Positions 1 to 13,700 of a DNA stretch of 64,000 nucleotides are shown in pieces. The position numbers and the translations under genes were made by a program. The notes beneath the pieces were generated by a model, which was not told where the DNA came from, did no database searches, and saw only the letters and a program-made list of their open reading frames with translations. Position 1 is the stretch's first letter; the number at the start of each line of letters is the position of its first letter. The stretch is taken from positions 1,178,001 through 1,242,000 of the forward strand of contig BQFW01000007.1 in assembly GCA_020891255.1 (NCBI GenBank), in the 5' to 3' direction. Source of the stretch: Entomortierella parvispora E1425. Taxonomy: Eukaryota > Fungi > Mortierellomycota.

Positions 1-342
1 CAATTGCTTCTCCTTTTCCTTCTCCTCCTTTTCCTTCTCCTTCTGTTCCTCTGCAGATTTATTCTTGCGCGAAATGTAGTAGGCTGCAACAAAGGCTATC
101 AGGACCAAAACACCGATGACGATGCCGAGGGCAATGAGTACTGTTTGAATGGTTGAATTGACCTCGATTTGAGGAGTGCCGCCACCGCCATCGCTGCTTC
201 CAACGCCCGCGGGTGGCGAGAACTGTGAGGGATCGCCGGCACTGGGGTCAACAAGAGTTGGAGGGATATCGTCTGGAAAGATGGTCCCTGGGATAATGGA
301 AGACACATCTGGAGGAACTGAGGTCGGTGTTGGTGATGCCAT
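1..342 (-). CDS. Single-pass membrane protein, 5' part only (runs off window edge)
   Basis: Read by hand from ATG at 342, open to position 1: MASPTPTSVPPDVSSIIPG...TVLIALGIIVGVLVLIAFVAAYYISRKNKSAEEQKEKE. P/S/T-rich N-terminus, one hydrophobic helix, basic stop-transfer. Missed by the ORF track because it has no stop in the window. Confidence 0.8.
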   Translation of the reverse strand, partial: MASPTPTSVPPDVSSIIPGTIFPDDIPPTLVDPSAGDPSQFSPPAGVGSSDGGGGTPQIEVNSTIQTVLIALGIVIGVLVLIAFVAAYYISRKNKSAEEQKEKEKEEKEKEKQL

Positions 343-3300
343 GGTGTGTATGTTTGTATAGGTAGGCAATATTAGGGTAAATGTCGTTTGGATGTTGAGT
401 AGTTCAATTAGTGAAAATGTAACGGTGTTTTGATAGGCGTTACCAGGAAGGAAAAAAAAAAGAAAAGTAGAAAGAAGACAACCAGGATATCAACTTCACT
501 CGCTCGCCCTGAAGAGTGTACCTGGCTATGCACGCAAGGGAAACGAGAAAAAGGAAAGAAGCATCAAGACAAAGAGGACGTGGTCAGTTCAAGAGCCATG
601 ATAGGTGAAAACGAATGGTCTCTTCAGGATCCCATGGCGTCTACTTTTTTTTTAGCGGTTATCTTTTTTTTATCCTCGACCCAAAAACTCGCACCACCTC
701 GGAAAGGAGAGGGAGGGAGGCAGATAGAGGATGAAAGGGGGACAACCAGAACGGATGGTAGGCTGAAGGAGATGTAGGAGGAGGAAGGGATAGTACAGAA
801 AGGGGGACCAAAAGAGAACGGGGGGTGGAGATGCCAGCCGACATTTCGGGATAAGCAGACCAGAGCGCGGAGGCATGAAGTTTGCACTTGCCTGAACGGC
901 ATCTTCGCTCAACTTTACGCGTTGAGGTGCAACAGAATTGTGACAGCATCCATTGACGGACATAGCGCACGGTGGTGAATCAGGGCTGTTTGTGGCACAT
1001 TTGGCCATTTTGAGTGTTCCGATGTGCAATTGCAAACACTGCAGGAAGGGCTGTTTCGATCAAGATTGAAAGTCAATCCGTGTGAGAAAGAAAGAGAGCA
1101 GAAGAGCAAAAGAACAATGGCCGCGGACACAAAGAGACAGACAGAGAGACAGCGTGAGCGTGTGCACTGTCTGTGGTTCACAGAAAGAGAGTGCACCCTG
1201 TCGATCTCTGCTCTTTCTTGCTCTTGCTTCTTTTGCTCTTGCTCTCTCGCTCTCTTTCAGATCAACGCATGGCCCGCTCGCTCGCTCGCTCTCTCCGCCA
1301 CCAACCGAGTCTCTTTCTCTATTCTCTCTCAGCCTCCACCATGCCATACCGCACCACACCACACCACACCACCCACCCAAAGAAAGCAGTCCGAAGTGCT
1401 CCTTTCCTCCCGTCTGCAGCCAACCCAAGGCCAAAAAAAAAAAAAAAAAAAAAAAAGTCAGAGCACAGTTCCTGTGTCATCATCGTCTCTTCCCTCTCCG
1501 TTCTGATCAAACTCTCCGCCCTCTCTCACACCCCCCTTCTCTCTTTCCCTCGCATCGTAACGCATCCCTTCTCCCTCCCTCTCCTTCCGTCTCTGTGCCT
1601 CTGCCAATCAACTCTAAAGGAGATTTCCGTCTGTCCGTTCGCGCTCTGTCTTTGTCCTCTCGTCTGTCCTCTGTTTGTCATCCGACCGCCCCTCCCTCCG
1701 TCCCTGTTTCTCACTCGCTCGCTCTCTGTCTCTCCCTCTCTCTTCAAGTAAGTGTGCATGGCAAAATTAGACTTTTATTTTATCTCCTCCTGTTGCGAGA
1801 TCGCTGTCTGTCCGTCCCTGTCTCTCGGAAGCCGATCGATCGGGCAGCGATCGCACGTACATACACAGAGTGTGGGAGACTCGTGCATGCCGCCCTCCCC
1901 TTCTTTGTCTGCCCATCATGTCCCGTCGGAAGGGGAATAGGGATGGACGTCTTGTGCACGCACACCTCTGAGTCCTGCCCTGATTCTTGACTTTGTTTGT
2001 TCTCTTCTCCCCCACCCCCCTCCCCCCCGCCGCTGTTTCATTTCCTTTTGTTCGTCATGTCCTTTCGTCTTTTTGGTTTGGTCTGTTTTTTTGGAGCTAC
2101 CATGAATTCCTGCACCTTCATTCTTCTCTTTTATCCTTCCTCACTCTGAGATGAAATGTGAAGACGAACAAGTTCTTCCAGCTGGCGCTTGACTTTGACT
2201 CGGCTGTTTGTTTTTCTTTTTTTTTATCATTCGTTTTTTGCCACCAGAGAGGTTCAACTCTCTTTTTTCTCTGTTGTATTGCGCCCAATGACAACAGAGT
2301 CAAGGAATTGAATATTTTTTTTTATTTTTTTTTGCGCGAAAAATAAGGTTTGCAAGTGCCAAACTGCGCTATTTGCACTCTCTAAATGGAAAGGAGAGAA
2401 GGACCCCGCCAGTGGTTTTTGCTGTCTGGTCGTGAAGAGTACGAGGAAGAGATTGCAGAGGGTCGCCATGGGGCAGGGGAACAAAAGGGAGTAGAGTCAA
2501 AAGAAGAACTGAGAAAAAGATCAGAAAAAGGTAGCTTGTTGGGATAGGCCAAAGAACTGGAGAATGAACTGGATGATGAGGATTTGTCAAAGGGGGTCAT
2601 CTTTGTGACCAGAAATGGACAACACCCAAAAAAGAAAAACACACGGGAACCCGGCTGATGTCAGGGACGAGTACAAAGAGGAAAAAGAAAATGTTGAATA
2701 TCACGACCAACAACACAATTGAACAACAAAAAGTATCTGTTGTTCGTGTGTTCCTGACTGATGCTGGACGCTTCTGTTGCTGGATGCACGTCGATAATTG
2801 TTGTTGGCGGCTGCAACAATACGCAAGGGGGGCGTGGTGCGGATGGCTCTGCTTTCGCCACTCTCTCTCTCTCTTTCTCTTTCCCACCTCTCCTCAATTC
2901 CAACGTTTTCCATGTTTTTTTTCCCCTCTGGCAAGATTCGATGGCGATTGCCAGTTTTGGTCTGATTGATCGATTTGCATTGGATTAATGGAGAGCAAAG
3001 AGGCTATTTGTTTGTCTACAACCTGCGGTCATTGTTGTTGATACCTCCCTCCTCAGGTAACGCAAACCAAACCCCAGAGCGATGCGAACTAGATCTCGGT
3101 GAGAGCGAGCGTGGGCAGAGTCTCAAGAGCCACAAAGTTGGAAAAAGAAAAAGAGTGAAGAGACTGAACTGATGACCGAGGAAAGATCCAGTTTGGAGGC
3201 CGAAGGCTCTTGTTCAATTAGCCCAAGGAAGCGCCGGAAGATGCAAGCAGACAAACAATAAGAAAACAAGGTGCGAGACGAGAGTGCGGGAAAGAACAAC

Positions 3301-3976
3301 ACCTCAGATATGACGGGTCTTCTTTACAGGAGGCGTTAGTTGACCAGCAGATGAAAAAAAAAAAAAAAGTGAGCAAAAGGAGAATTACAAGGATAAGGAG
3401 GAGCCAGAGCGGGAGAAGGAGAAAGGAGCCTTGATCCAGCCATCTTCATTCGTGGCGGCGATGGTGCTGAGGGCGGTGATGGCGAGAGTGACAAAGAGGC
3501 CCCGGGAACCACTGCTTTCCTGGAAGAGCTGGCAGGCGACCAGGCACCAGGGGGACGAGCGGGATCAATCGTGCCATCGGCGGCCGTGAGAATACGGCGG
3601 CGGTCTGGTCGAATGTGATCCCGCTCGCGGTTGATTCGATGTGTAATTTTACAATTTTGATTCCCCCTCTTTTTTTTCTTTTCTTCTTGACCCCTTTTCC
3701 TCCAGCCTTTTCTTGACTTTACTTCTTTTGTCTCCCTCTCCTCCCTCCTCTCTTCCCTCCCTTCTGCCCCGCCACACTCACACCACTTCCCTCTCTCCTC
3801 CTCTTCTCTCGTTGCCATTGTCTCTCCTCCCTCTGCTCTGCCTGTCTCTTTCTTTTGCTTGTCTGCTTGTGTCTCTCTCGACACCCAGCCAGCTCTGACA
3901 CGGACACACGGACTCACGGTCCTTGTCTCGTCTTCATTATCTTTCTGTCTTGCTTATTTTTAATATCCAATAGTCA

Positions 3977-5666
3977 ATGTCATCAGACATGGCCAATCCT
4001 CCCATATTCGACTCGGATGCTGCCTTGATGGCCTCGAACCCGGCGCAAGGGAACGGCTACAGCCCTTACCCGTCCATCTATGGCAACATGGTCGGCCAAG
4101 GCATGAACTTCAGCCACCAGGCCCCCTACCAGGTCCAGAACCCAGGCACACCCACCTCACTACCACCCATGCACCCCAACAGCGCCTACAGTGCCAACCC
4201 AAACAACAACTTTCAGTTCTCATATCACGGAGACGCAGGATCTGCCCCACAGCCACCTCCCGCCGCAGGTGCCCCCGGCTCCGGCCCGAATGCGCCTTTG
4301 GCGACTCCCTCGGGTGCTCAAACGACAGATCCGTTAGATTCGGGAGCTCAAGGTCATGGCGCCCATCAGCACTCGCCACATTCGCATCAGTCTCAAGCTC
4401 ATCAGCTTACCCCACCCCAGCAGCACCCTCAAACACCGCAGCAGCAACAGCAGCCACAACAATCACACCAGCAGCAGCAGCAGCAACGCCAAGCCCAACA
4501 ACAGCACCAGAACGCAACGCCCTCACCGTATCAGCAACCTACGTCTCAAGCGAATCATCCTGGCATGGGTAACATGATGCATGGACACCCGATATACCCT
4601 GGCGATAACCGTTATGACCGCCTCCCTCAGCAGAGATACATGGATCCAAACATGCAGCCAATGTTGGGTCGGAGTAACTCCCGATCTGGAGATATGCCTT
4701 GGACTCAGCCAGGGATGATGCCCGACATGATGGGTGCTGGAGGAGCTGTTCGGAACCCTGCAGGCGTTCAAGGCCGTGTACCAGCAAAGCAGAATATGGC
4801 TGGACTCAACAACATGGGGGGTATGGGTATGAACGGTATGAATATGGGCATGAGCGCCGGTCTGGGAAGCATGCCAGGAATGCCGGGCTTGGGCCCAATG
4901 GGCGATCGAGGCTGGGGCGGAGGTGGCTTGGTGGGCGCGCCTACAAGCCCTTATGGCCACCCTCAACAGCATGCTCAGCAACTGCACCAGCAGCAGCAAT
5001 TCCACCATGGACTCCAGGCTCACCCTTACCAACAGCAACCGCCACACATGATGCAGCACCCTCAAGGAATCCCACAAACTGCGCAACACATGGGCAACCA
5101 CGGCCGTGTCGGGAGCATGGGACCCATTCCCGGAGGAGGCATCTCTAAAAAGAAGGTGAAGCGACCTGTCGTTCCAGCGGTGAAGGACAAGAACTGCCCC
5201 AAGAGGCCAAGGAACTCGTACATTTTCTTCACGCTCATGAAGAGGTAATTTAGCACGATTTGATTGATATTGATCGATAATTATTTTTTGAAAGTGTGAC
5301 GTGTCCCCCAAGAGTCAATGTTGACCCGCCGTCTAATTCTATAGAGATGATATCAAGAAGAAGCACCCAGAATTCAAGCCAACAGAGATTACAAAGATGT
5401 TGGGAGAGGAGTGGCAAAAGCTGTCGGAAACAGAGAAGGAGTCGTATGGATCTATGGCTGAGAACGACAAGAAGAGATATCAGTCAGAGATGGAGTCGTA
5501 CGATGCCAATGGCGGAGCAGCAGCCGCAGCCGCAGCTGTAGCTGCAGCTGAGACTAGTGGACACAACCAAGTCGCTCATGGTCACAACCATAGCCACAGC
5601 GGTGGAATGGGAACAGGCCCACCTGGCGGTCATGGCGGAGATATGAATGAACACTGGAGGGGATAA
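3977..5666 (+). CDS. HMG-box (HMGB/NHP6-type) protein with long Q/P/G/M-rich N-terminal region; exons 3977-5244, 5345-5666
   Basis: Splicing GTAATT(5245)...ATAG(5344) joins PKRPRNSYIFFTLMKR to DDIKKKHPEFKPTEITKMLGEEWQKLSETEKESYGSMAENDKKRYQSEMESY, a complete HMG box. Confidence 0.92.
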
Positions 5667-6428
5667 AAGCAGGAGCACCATACTCAAAGAATACCGACAA
5701 GGAAGCCAGGGCCGATGATGGTCATTGTATTTTTTCTTCTACTTTCGCTTCCGGGTCAACGTCCAAGAGCAAGGAATGTCAGGACAAGGCAACAAAAGAT
5801 TGAACAAAAACAGAAAAGGATGATTCGGGACAAGAGTTGCAAGGGACTTGAGCAGGCGTTCTGTTTTCTTTCATGACGAGGATTCGTTTGTTGTGTGTTT
5901 TTTTATTTCAGCTTTTTGGATCTTGTATTCGATCGTCTGTTTACTCGTTATTTTATTTGCGAAGTTTTTTTAGTACCTCTCCTGCCTTCTTTTTGTTGCT
6001 TTTGTTCATTACCATTAGTTCTATCGTATATTAGTGTCTTTCTCTCTCTCTTTTTTCTTTTGTTCTCTTCTCATATATATCATCTCACTCATTGTCAATT
6101 GCTTGTATTATTGTGTGTTTTTCATGATTGATATCCTGGCTTGATCTGTGCTTCTCGTCTCAAAAGGCACGCTTTCTAATTCGGTCAAAACACGCGAGAA
6201 CAAACAAACAAACACGAGAACGTGCTCTGTCATGCCACGCTTTGTGTTGCGCTCGGAAAAATGTGGTCCTCGTTCACACGTGCGGTTTCCCCAGACTGCA
6301 TGGCTGCATGGCCAAGTAATCTTGTTTTTTTTCGTGCTTTGGTTTCATCCTTGAACACATTCTTGGAAAAAAATTGACAACCATGTGTTTTTTTTTTTTT
6401 ATTTTCTTTTTCGCTTTTTTTTTCTTCT

Positions 6429-8991
6429 TTATTTTACCATGAAGAAGCAAACGCCGTTCTTGGCCTTGTCCACAGCGGCGCTCAGTGCCTCCTGATCTTT
6501 TTCCAGGAAGTGAGCCTCTTCAGGGATTTCACTCAGATGGAGGGTATTGTACAGCCTTTGGAAATGCTTCTGGCGACCCTGCAGCTGAACTACCGGTCGA
6601 AGATCTCCATGGCCGCTAGTTACCAAAAGTGCCGTGTGAGGAGGTAGGGACTCTACAATTTGGGCAATGCTCCGATCTAAACGAGAAAGACCCTCTCGGA
6701 TTTCATCCTCACTCGCCTGAACCAAATCAGAAATGGGCCCCTTCCTGATGTTCAAGCAAGGTTCAATCTCCATGGCGTTGGCTGGAGGGGCGGGCGACCC
6801 TGGTCCCGGAGATGAGCAAGCAGAGGACGTTGTGGAAGATGCAGCGATCCTGTTGGTTGAGGAGTGCGGCATTTTGCCGTGATTGATCTCTGCATCCCGG
6901 AGACGTGCCCAAACAAAATGATGGCTCTCCAAAGCCTTGGGGATCGCCTCCACCACCGCAGCGTCTGAATCCGGCTTCAAATGAAGGGACAGTCCTTCGG
7001 TAGTATCCCAATGGTCCCGATCAATGACTACGGATGTCTTTGGCTTGGTCGAGTTTCGACCCAATCTGGAAAAGATGGATTCTTGCTCATTGTTGTACTC
7101 TCCAAAGCCTGCACCTTTCTTGACCTTGAGTTGCACCAAGTCCATACAGGCTTTGGCGTCCTCTGCCGAGTCGTGACCCTTCTCACCGCCTTGTTGAATC
7201 TTGCGTCCCAACCATCTATGGGACAACCACTTCAAACTAGCTTTGAAAGGTGGTCCACGGGTGTGGTGAAAGACAATACAGGTATCAATAATGAATGGGT
7301 GTGCAAACTACATGAAAAAACGAAGACATGTTGGTTAATATATCTCTCTCTAGTAGTCATACAAGTCACATCGGCAAATATGTCGAAAACGTACCTTCAA
7401 AACCTTCATATCGTTCTCGAGTGAATGACCAATCAAGATGGTATCATAGGTCACCATGGCCTTCAGTGCCTTCTGCACGTCCTCTAGCCGAGTCGTCACG
7501 CCTTCAAGTCTCTCTGCAGTGATACCAGAGTACTGGGTCAAATAATCCAAAATCGGGTTATGAGGCAGAACCAGCTCGTCATATATAGTCTTTCCAGCAT
7601 CATCAATCACCGTGACGCGTGTCACTTCCGATCCAGCGGAAGTCCGGCACTATTGAATCATTACAGTCTTGTTAGATTGTCAACAGAATTCCAATATGAA
7701 TAAGTCCTTTCAGCATTATTGTTTTACCATTTCACAGTCGATGGCGAGTAGTTTTTTTTCTGGTTGAGCCGCGCCTGTGTCGCTCTGTTTAGGCTGTTCT
7801 GTTTGAATCCATCCTTCTCCAAGGCTGTCCTCTCCTGAAAGATACGTTGGCAGAGGATAATCCGATTCCTCCAGTTGCTGAAGAGTCAAGATGAATTGCT
7901 CTGCACTTGATTTCTTGGACTCTACTGCCTCTACGTTGTTTCCATAAAAAAACTCGTTAAAAAACAGGCGTCTCTGAAATCAGCTCATTCTCCAAGGGGG
8001 TAACACTTACTGGCCTCCTTCTCCTTTTCCAACCGCGCCTTCTCTGTGTTGCTCAAGGGTACATTCAAGAGGGTATTGGTTGCGGAATGAACCCGGTTTT
8101 TGTCGCCTCCCGCCTTGATTACGTTCATATAATCGAAAAACTTTTGAAGTTGCTTAAACTCTGTCACGGGTCCAGAGGTCGCCAAGGAAGGCCAGGCTAC
8201 GGGCTGTGAAGAGGTCGGGTCGGAAAGGTCGACGTGGAACAGATCTGGGTCGAGTCCTTCCACATAAAGGAGGACAACTTTGTGAATGTTGAACTTGTTC
8301 TTCACCATGATCCAAGGCAATGTCTTGGTCTCGGTCAAAAGATATACGACCAAATCTCGAAGGTCCTTTAGAAAGAGAAGTGGACAGAACATCGTTTAGT
8401 ATTCACTCTCCCCTTGTCAGGCTGCTATAACTCAATCGTCGTCATTTCCCGTCCCTTGATCGTTGGCGCTCATACCTTGAGTGAAAGCTTGGTATGACTC
8501 CTGCTGAGCATGAATGACGGCTGTCCATTGTCGCCTTCGTTCAGCTTAGCCAACTTTTTGAACTCTTTTTTCTTCAGCTTGCGTTCTGCCTTAGAAAGCT
8601 GAGTGTTGGTTGATCCTTCGCCTTCTATCAGTAGGGGAAAATCAGGTGGAGTAAAATTGCCAAAGTCAATATCCACTCCTTGACCCGGTCGCTCATGAGG
8701 AGCGTCCAACGTATGCCTGTTTCCCTTACGAGTCTTCTGTCTCTTGCGGTCTCTCTCCTCTGAATCTTGGATTTCTTGATCATTTTCATTATTATCATCC
8801 ACAGCATCGCGTTTCTGACTGGACTCTTTGTGTGAAACGGCCGCTGCCGTCGAGGTTGCCTGAATGTCGCTGTCTGAAGGCTTGCTTGGAGTCATGTCCA
8901 TGTCCTCGGGATTAGTGTTGGCGGCGACAATGACCTTCTCGGTCCATGTCGCTGGTTTAATGTTGCGTCTCTCCTTGTCCCGCTTTCCCAT
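6429..8991 (-). CDS. REX1: DEDDh RNA exonuclease (REX1/RNH70/REXO5 family); exons 8991-8476, 8365-8011, 7930-7728, 7649-7395, 7307-6429
   Basis: Spliced product contains LLAIDCEM-CRT, LDYLTQYSGIT, ILIGHSLENDMKVLK, FIIDT, LKWLSHRWLGRKIQ and GHDSAEDAKACMDL (Exo I/II/III motifs). All introns are GT-AG. Confidence 0.93.
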
Positions 8992-10742
8992 GTTCCTGTG
9001 TTTGTTTGTTGTTGAAAGTGAGGTAATGAGGAGACGCATGCTCCTTCATATTTTCAAAAAAAAACTTGTTGTTCAAACTGAATTAAGCAGTCACTTATCG
9101 ACGCGCTCTACGCGTCCAAGCTCGAGAGCTCGTTGGGCGAAGTTTTTTGTCAATGAGCACGACCCACAACACAGACAGAAGAACCCCTCTTCTTGCCCCC
9201 CCCCCCCTTTTTCATTATTCCTCCCCTGTTTGAAGGAAGTTGGAATTCCATTTATTTTAAGATGTTTTCGGAAGATCAGTTGGGTTCCTGCTCCTTTATT
9301 TCATGCCGAAAATGATGATCATGCTGCATGTGGAAACCCAGTAGTGAAAGACAGAGAAATAGAGACTCATAACAAGGCAGGGAAGATTGTTGATACCCTT
9401 TTGTCCAGCGTTCCATTTTTTCAATGTGCTCTCAAACAATTCTCCTTTTTCTCCTTGTTGGACGTTTAAACCAAGAGATCTTGTAGTCTTTTGTGCGTAA
9501 AATCCTGCACAAGTGAAAAAGAACCAATCCCCCAGGAGAATAAAAGGAGAACGACGTCTTCTTTTGGAGAGGAGACAAGATCCAGCTACCTTTTGAAACG
9601 GAGGTACCTGAAGAGCAGCTCTCGTTCTGTTGATCCGAAAAAACAGAGTATGCTCTTCCTTCTTTGCCACCACCGCTCGCAATATCCCTGAAATAGGAAG
9701 TAACAAATTCATAGGATACAGAAAAGAGGGACGGGGAAGAATGTAGGAGATAGGAGAAAGAAAAAGAAAAGAAACAGAAAAACAGAGCGTTAAGAACGTC
9801 TGCTTGTCAATGAACCCGCCATTTTTACGTTCAGAGTTCGGAGGGATCAACATGAACAACAAGGATGACAAAGAGCTATTATTATTCAAAAGGCTACGGA
9901 GAATTTTCTTTTAAAATAGAAGCCAGTCCCTGCGACAAGGTGGGACAGAAGGCAGGGAGAAGGGGAAAAGGGATTCGAGAGAACGAGAGGTTGAGCAGTG
10001 GAAGAGTCCTTTTCCAGAGGATTTTCACAGGAAACTCTTTGAGCAAAGAGGGAAGGGGGAAGGGGTCAAGGGATGGAGGAGAGATATGACTATTTTAAAC
10101 AGCTCAACGTCAGAGTCCAGGCCGGGCAGTGTAAGGGCAGGATAGTGTGCGTACCTGTTGAGTTGGGCAAAGCAGCAAGGAAACAACAGAGTGCCCACCA
10201 GGAGGAAACTAGACGAAAGGAAGAATGAAAAATCATGGTGGTGCAAAGTGGTGAACAAACGAGAAAAGGAAAACCACGCACAACGCACACAATGCATTGC
10301 ATTGTCTGTGCGATCCCTCAGTGGGTCAGGCCGACGGGCAGCAGGTTTGGGCAGGGTGCAGCACATGGTTTGCAAGCGCTGTGTGTTTAGGTGATGATGC
10401 CCCCCTTTCCTGTCGTTCTCACCCTTCTGCCTTGCTTCCACTTTTTTTTTTCTCTGCCTGGTTCTGCCTCCTTTGCATACCATACGGCGTCGTTCTTTCT
10501 GTTCGTTTTCCCTCACTTTTTCTTCCTCTCCCCCCTCTCCCCTCCACAACTTTTGTTTGCACTCTCTTTCTTTTTTTCTTCTCCTTATCCTCTCGTTCTC
10601 TCCCATCCATTCTCATTCTTTTTCACCTTTCTTTGCCATAAAAGTATCACCTCTCAAGAAGCAGAACGAACATAAAAAAACGCGAAATCATCATCATCAT
10701 CGACACCAAAAGAAAAGTATACTAGCACGAAGAAAAAAATCC

Positions 10743-13700
10743 ATGGCATCCCAAGCTGCTATTCCTGGACCACCGACGTATTCCCCTCCAACCACAATCA
10801 CACACACCCCTACAACAAAGACGATGACGGCAACAGGAAAGGATTTCCTGATGCCTGGATCTGGGACGACCACAACTGCCGCTAAAAGACAAGGTACTGT
10901 CTCTTGTGCAGGAGTCACAGCAGCCACGGCAACCGCTATATCGGCAACAGCGGCAGGAGACGAGGGGGAGGGCAAAGGGAGGGGGAATGGAGCTGAACCT
11001 CTTCTCAGTCCACAGAGTCAACTCGCCCAGCTCCTGATACAGCAACAAAAACAAGCTCACCCCCATCATCATAATACCCAGTCCTCCAATTCCACAATCC
11101 TTTCCAACTCTGTCGCTTGCCTTTCTTCCACGATTGCTGCTTCTGGTCTCGTACTCTTGCCTCCACCACCACTCACAGTCAAGAACTTGACGATTCATAC
11201 CTCTCTCCTTTCGACCAAACAACACCTCTTGCAACAACAGCAGCAGCTCCATCAACTGCACCACGCTCAACTGGATGCTGCTCTCAAGAAGCAGCGACAA
11301 CATCAACAACAGATCCAACAGCAACAGCAACAGCAGCACCAAAATCAGGCTCTTTTACCACCCCAAAATCCCCCAGGCGTTTCATCCGGGGAGAATTGTA
11401 CTCCAGGTGGTGGTTGTGGTGCAGATGGAGGAGGAGGGCTGGACGAGGTGGAAGGGGATCGTCGAAGGGAGAACACCTCGATGGGGTATGTGGGTCACGA
11501 TGGTGGCAGTGGTGAGTTTGGTGTTGCGATGTCACCGTCACAACCCACGTCTCGATCAACCACAAGGGTGACCTCCCCTGTGCCTGGGGTGGGCGCAGCC
11601 AGTGGAGGAGAAGGAGCCCAGCATCCAGTCAATGGCAATATCTCCGCGGCCAACAATGTTCAGAGTCTCTCACCTTCCAAGACTGGCTCGAGCACGTATT
11701 TTTTTCGAGGTAAGATGATCCCAAAAAAAAAAAAAAAGTTGGCGTCTGTTCAAGCGCGCTCGTGCTTCACCTTTTACTTTCCTCACCCATGCTTTTCCTC
11801 GGTCGAGAGATAACGCGCTGATTGTCGTGTCGATTGCAGTTTGCTCACGTCAGAAGAAACAGGAAAGAAAAGAAAGGTGTGATGCTGTGATGACCTTCGA
11901 TTTTTGTTGGCTTTAAGCGATCAAAAAGAAATATGGGGGATCCTTCCATTGTTTTTTTTTCTCCCGTTTTTTTGCTCCACATCCACAGCTGACAAAGGGA
12001 TTGTTTGCAGAAGTTGGCCCAGCCATCCTTCCCAGAGCATTGAAGGAAAAAGCCCCCATGGCCTAGCTTTTCCCGCTGCACACCCGCCTCCCCTTTTTTT
12101 ATCTTTATTTTTATTTTGTATCCATGTTCTGTCAGAGGGCTGTAATTGTATCTGGTTTAGCGGGAGCATGTCTACAAAAAGAAAACAGATGACAAACATC
12201 GACGTAAACAAATGGGACCCGATGGTCGGTGGGAAGATGGTAGGAAAAGTAAAAAAAAGGGACCATGCCAAAAGAGAGTAACAATTGCCCGTCAACATAT
12301 TTCTTCCCGTGAAAAATAGGAGACCACAGTATGGATCATTATCCACCGCCTGATCAATGGACATACACCATGACCCGTTATCACGCATCGCTTATCCCGC
12401 TCTGCGAGATTGAGGAACCTCCCACTTTCTATGAAGCTATGGACGACCATGCTTTTCATCCGAAGAGCGGTGATAATATTAGTAGTGAAAACAGCAACCT
12501 CTTGCCCAGCAAGAGGAAAGAAATTGATGACTACGAGGGCTCAAAAGAAGAACACGAGAGGGAAGATTCGTTCATGTTCGACGACGGGGAAGGGGAAAGG
12601 GAAAACTCCAGGGACAGGGACGACGGAAGGGAAGGAAACGAGAACAAAGCAAGGGAGAAGAAGAACAACATCAAGGGCAGACTTGGAGATATCCACTGGG
12701 AGGAGGACATTGAGGAACGACACGAAGAAGGGTCTTCTCTGTTTTTGTTCTCGCGTCGTCGTCGCCTTCCAGTTACAAAACCACATTACCAGATTCCCGA
12801 CCAGAGACACTGTGACCCAAACCGAGGTCAGCACACCCAGCCACACCAACTGCTGCACAAAGTGCAGCCGCATCAACAAAAACAAGAGCAACTGCAGTCT
12901 GAGCAGCAGAAACAACAACAACAGCACAGGCAGCAACTCATGCATCAAAGCCAGCATCAACAACAACAACTGCAAGTCAACTCCCTGGAGGACCCTGGAT
13001 GCGATTCTTCTCGCCTTTTTTCATGCCAAGCACCATTCGATAACAACCACAAAAGTAACAAGCACATCGACGATAATGATAATAGTACTTATACCATTCA
13101 CAGCAACCTGCACCATCACACCTTTCACGACAACCACGACTCTTTCCCACAACAAAATCGACCTGACCAAATTCATTCCACCACCGACACCATGACCATT
13201 CCCCACGCGTCCAGTACCGTGGCCACTATCTCTGTGGCCGCAGCAGATGACGCGACCTTTCCCAATTCATCACAACAGAAACATCGATCATGGGAGCCGT
13301 CATCGCCACAACTCTCTCCTTTGATCCGGCATCAAAAGAGACGTGAACGGACCCTGGGAAGCAGCGGCGAACAAATATTCTTTTATGATGGCCCAAACCT
13401 TCTTCACGCCAAAATCTATCACGACCGCGATTGGAACCTTGACAGCGCTGGTACCACCGGCGGACAGAGCGATTCCTTGAGCGAGGGAATGGCAGCGCTG
13501 AGCACTCGAGCCTATGCAGGCACAGGCACGGCCACAGTGCACTCAAATGAACCATTACCAAACCATTCCCACGGACGGTCGCACCGCTCTCGACGACATC
13601 AACTTTCAAAACGACACCCCATCGACAGTTCTATGAACGGATCCGCCAGCTCTCGACGATCGCGTTCTCGGTCAAGATCCATGTCCAGGTCCAGATCCAG

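Noticed and set aside
1024-1990. Several overlapping 120-300 aa ORFs
   Set aside because: They arise from CT/AG microsatellites and poly(A) tracts; the translations are compositionally biased with no domain signal.
9296-9889. 197-aa minus-strand ORF between REX1 and the large disordered gene
   Set aside because: Phe/Leu/Ser-rich translation of purine-rich intergenic DNA, with no motif or splice support.
11841-11915. Alternative short terminal exon after TTGCAG
   Set aside because: It gives only about 25 unremarkable codons before a stop; the 12320 acceptor joins a 970-aa frame and is the better model. Cannot be excluded without RNA data.
11887-11995. GTGATGA ... CTGA in the 610-nt intron as a box C/D snoRNA
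   Set aside because: No terminal stem and no recognisable rRNA-complementary guide.
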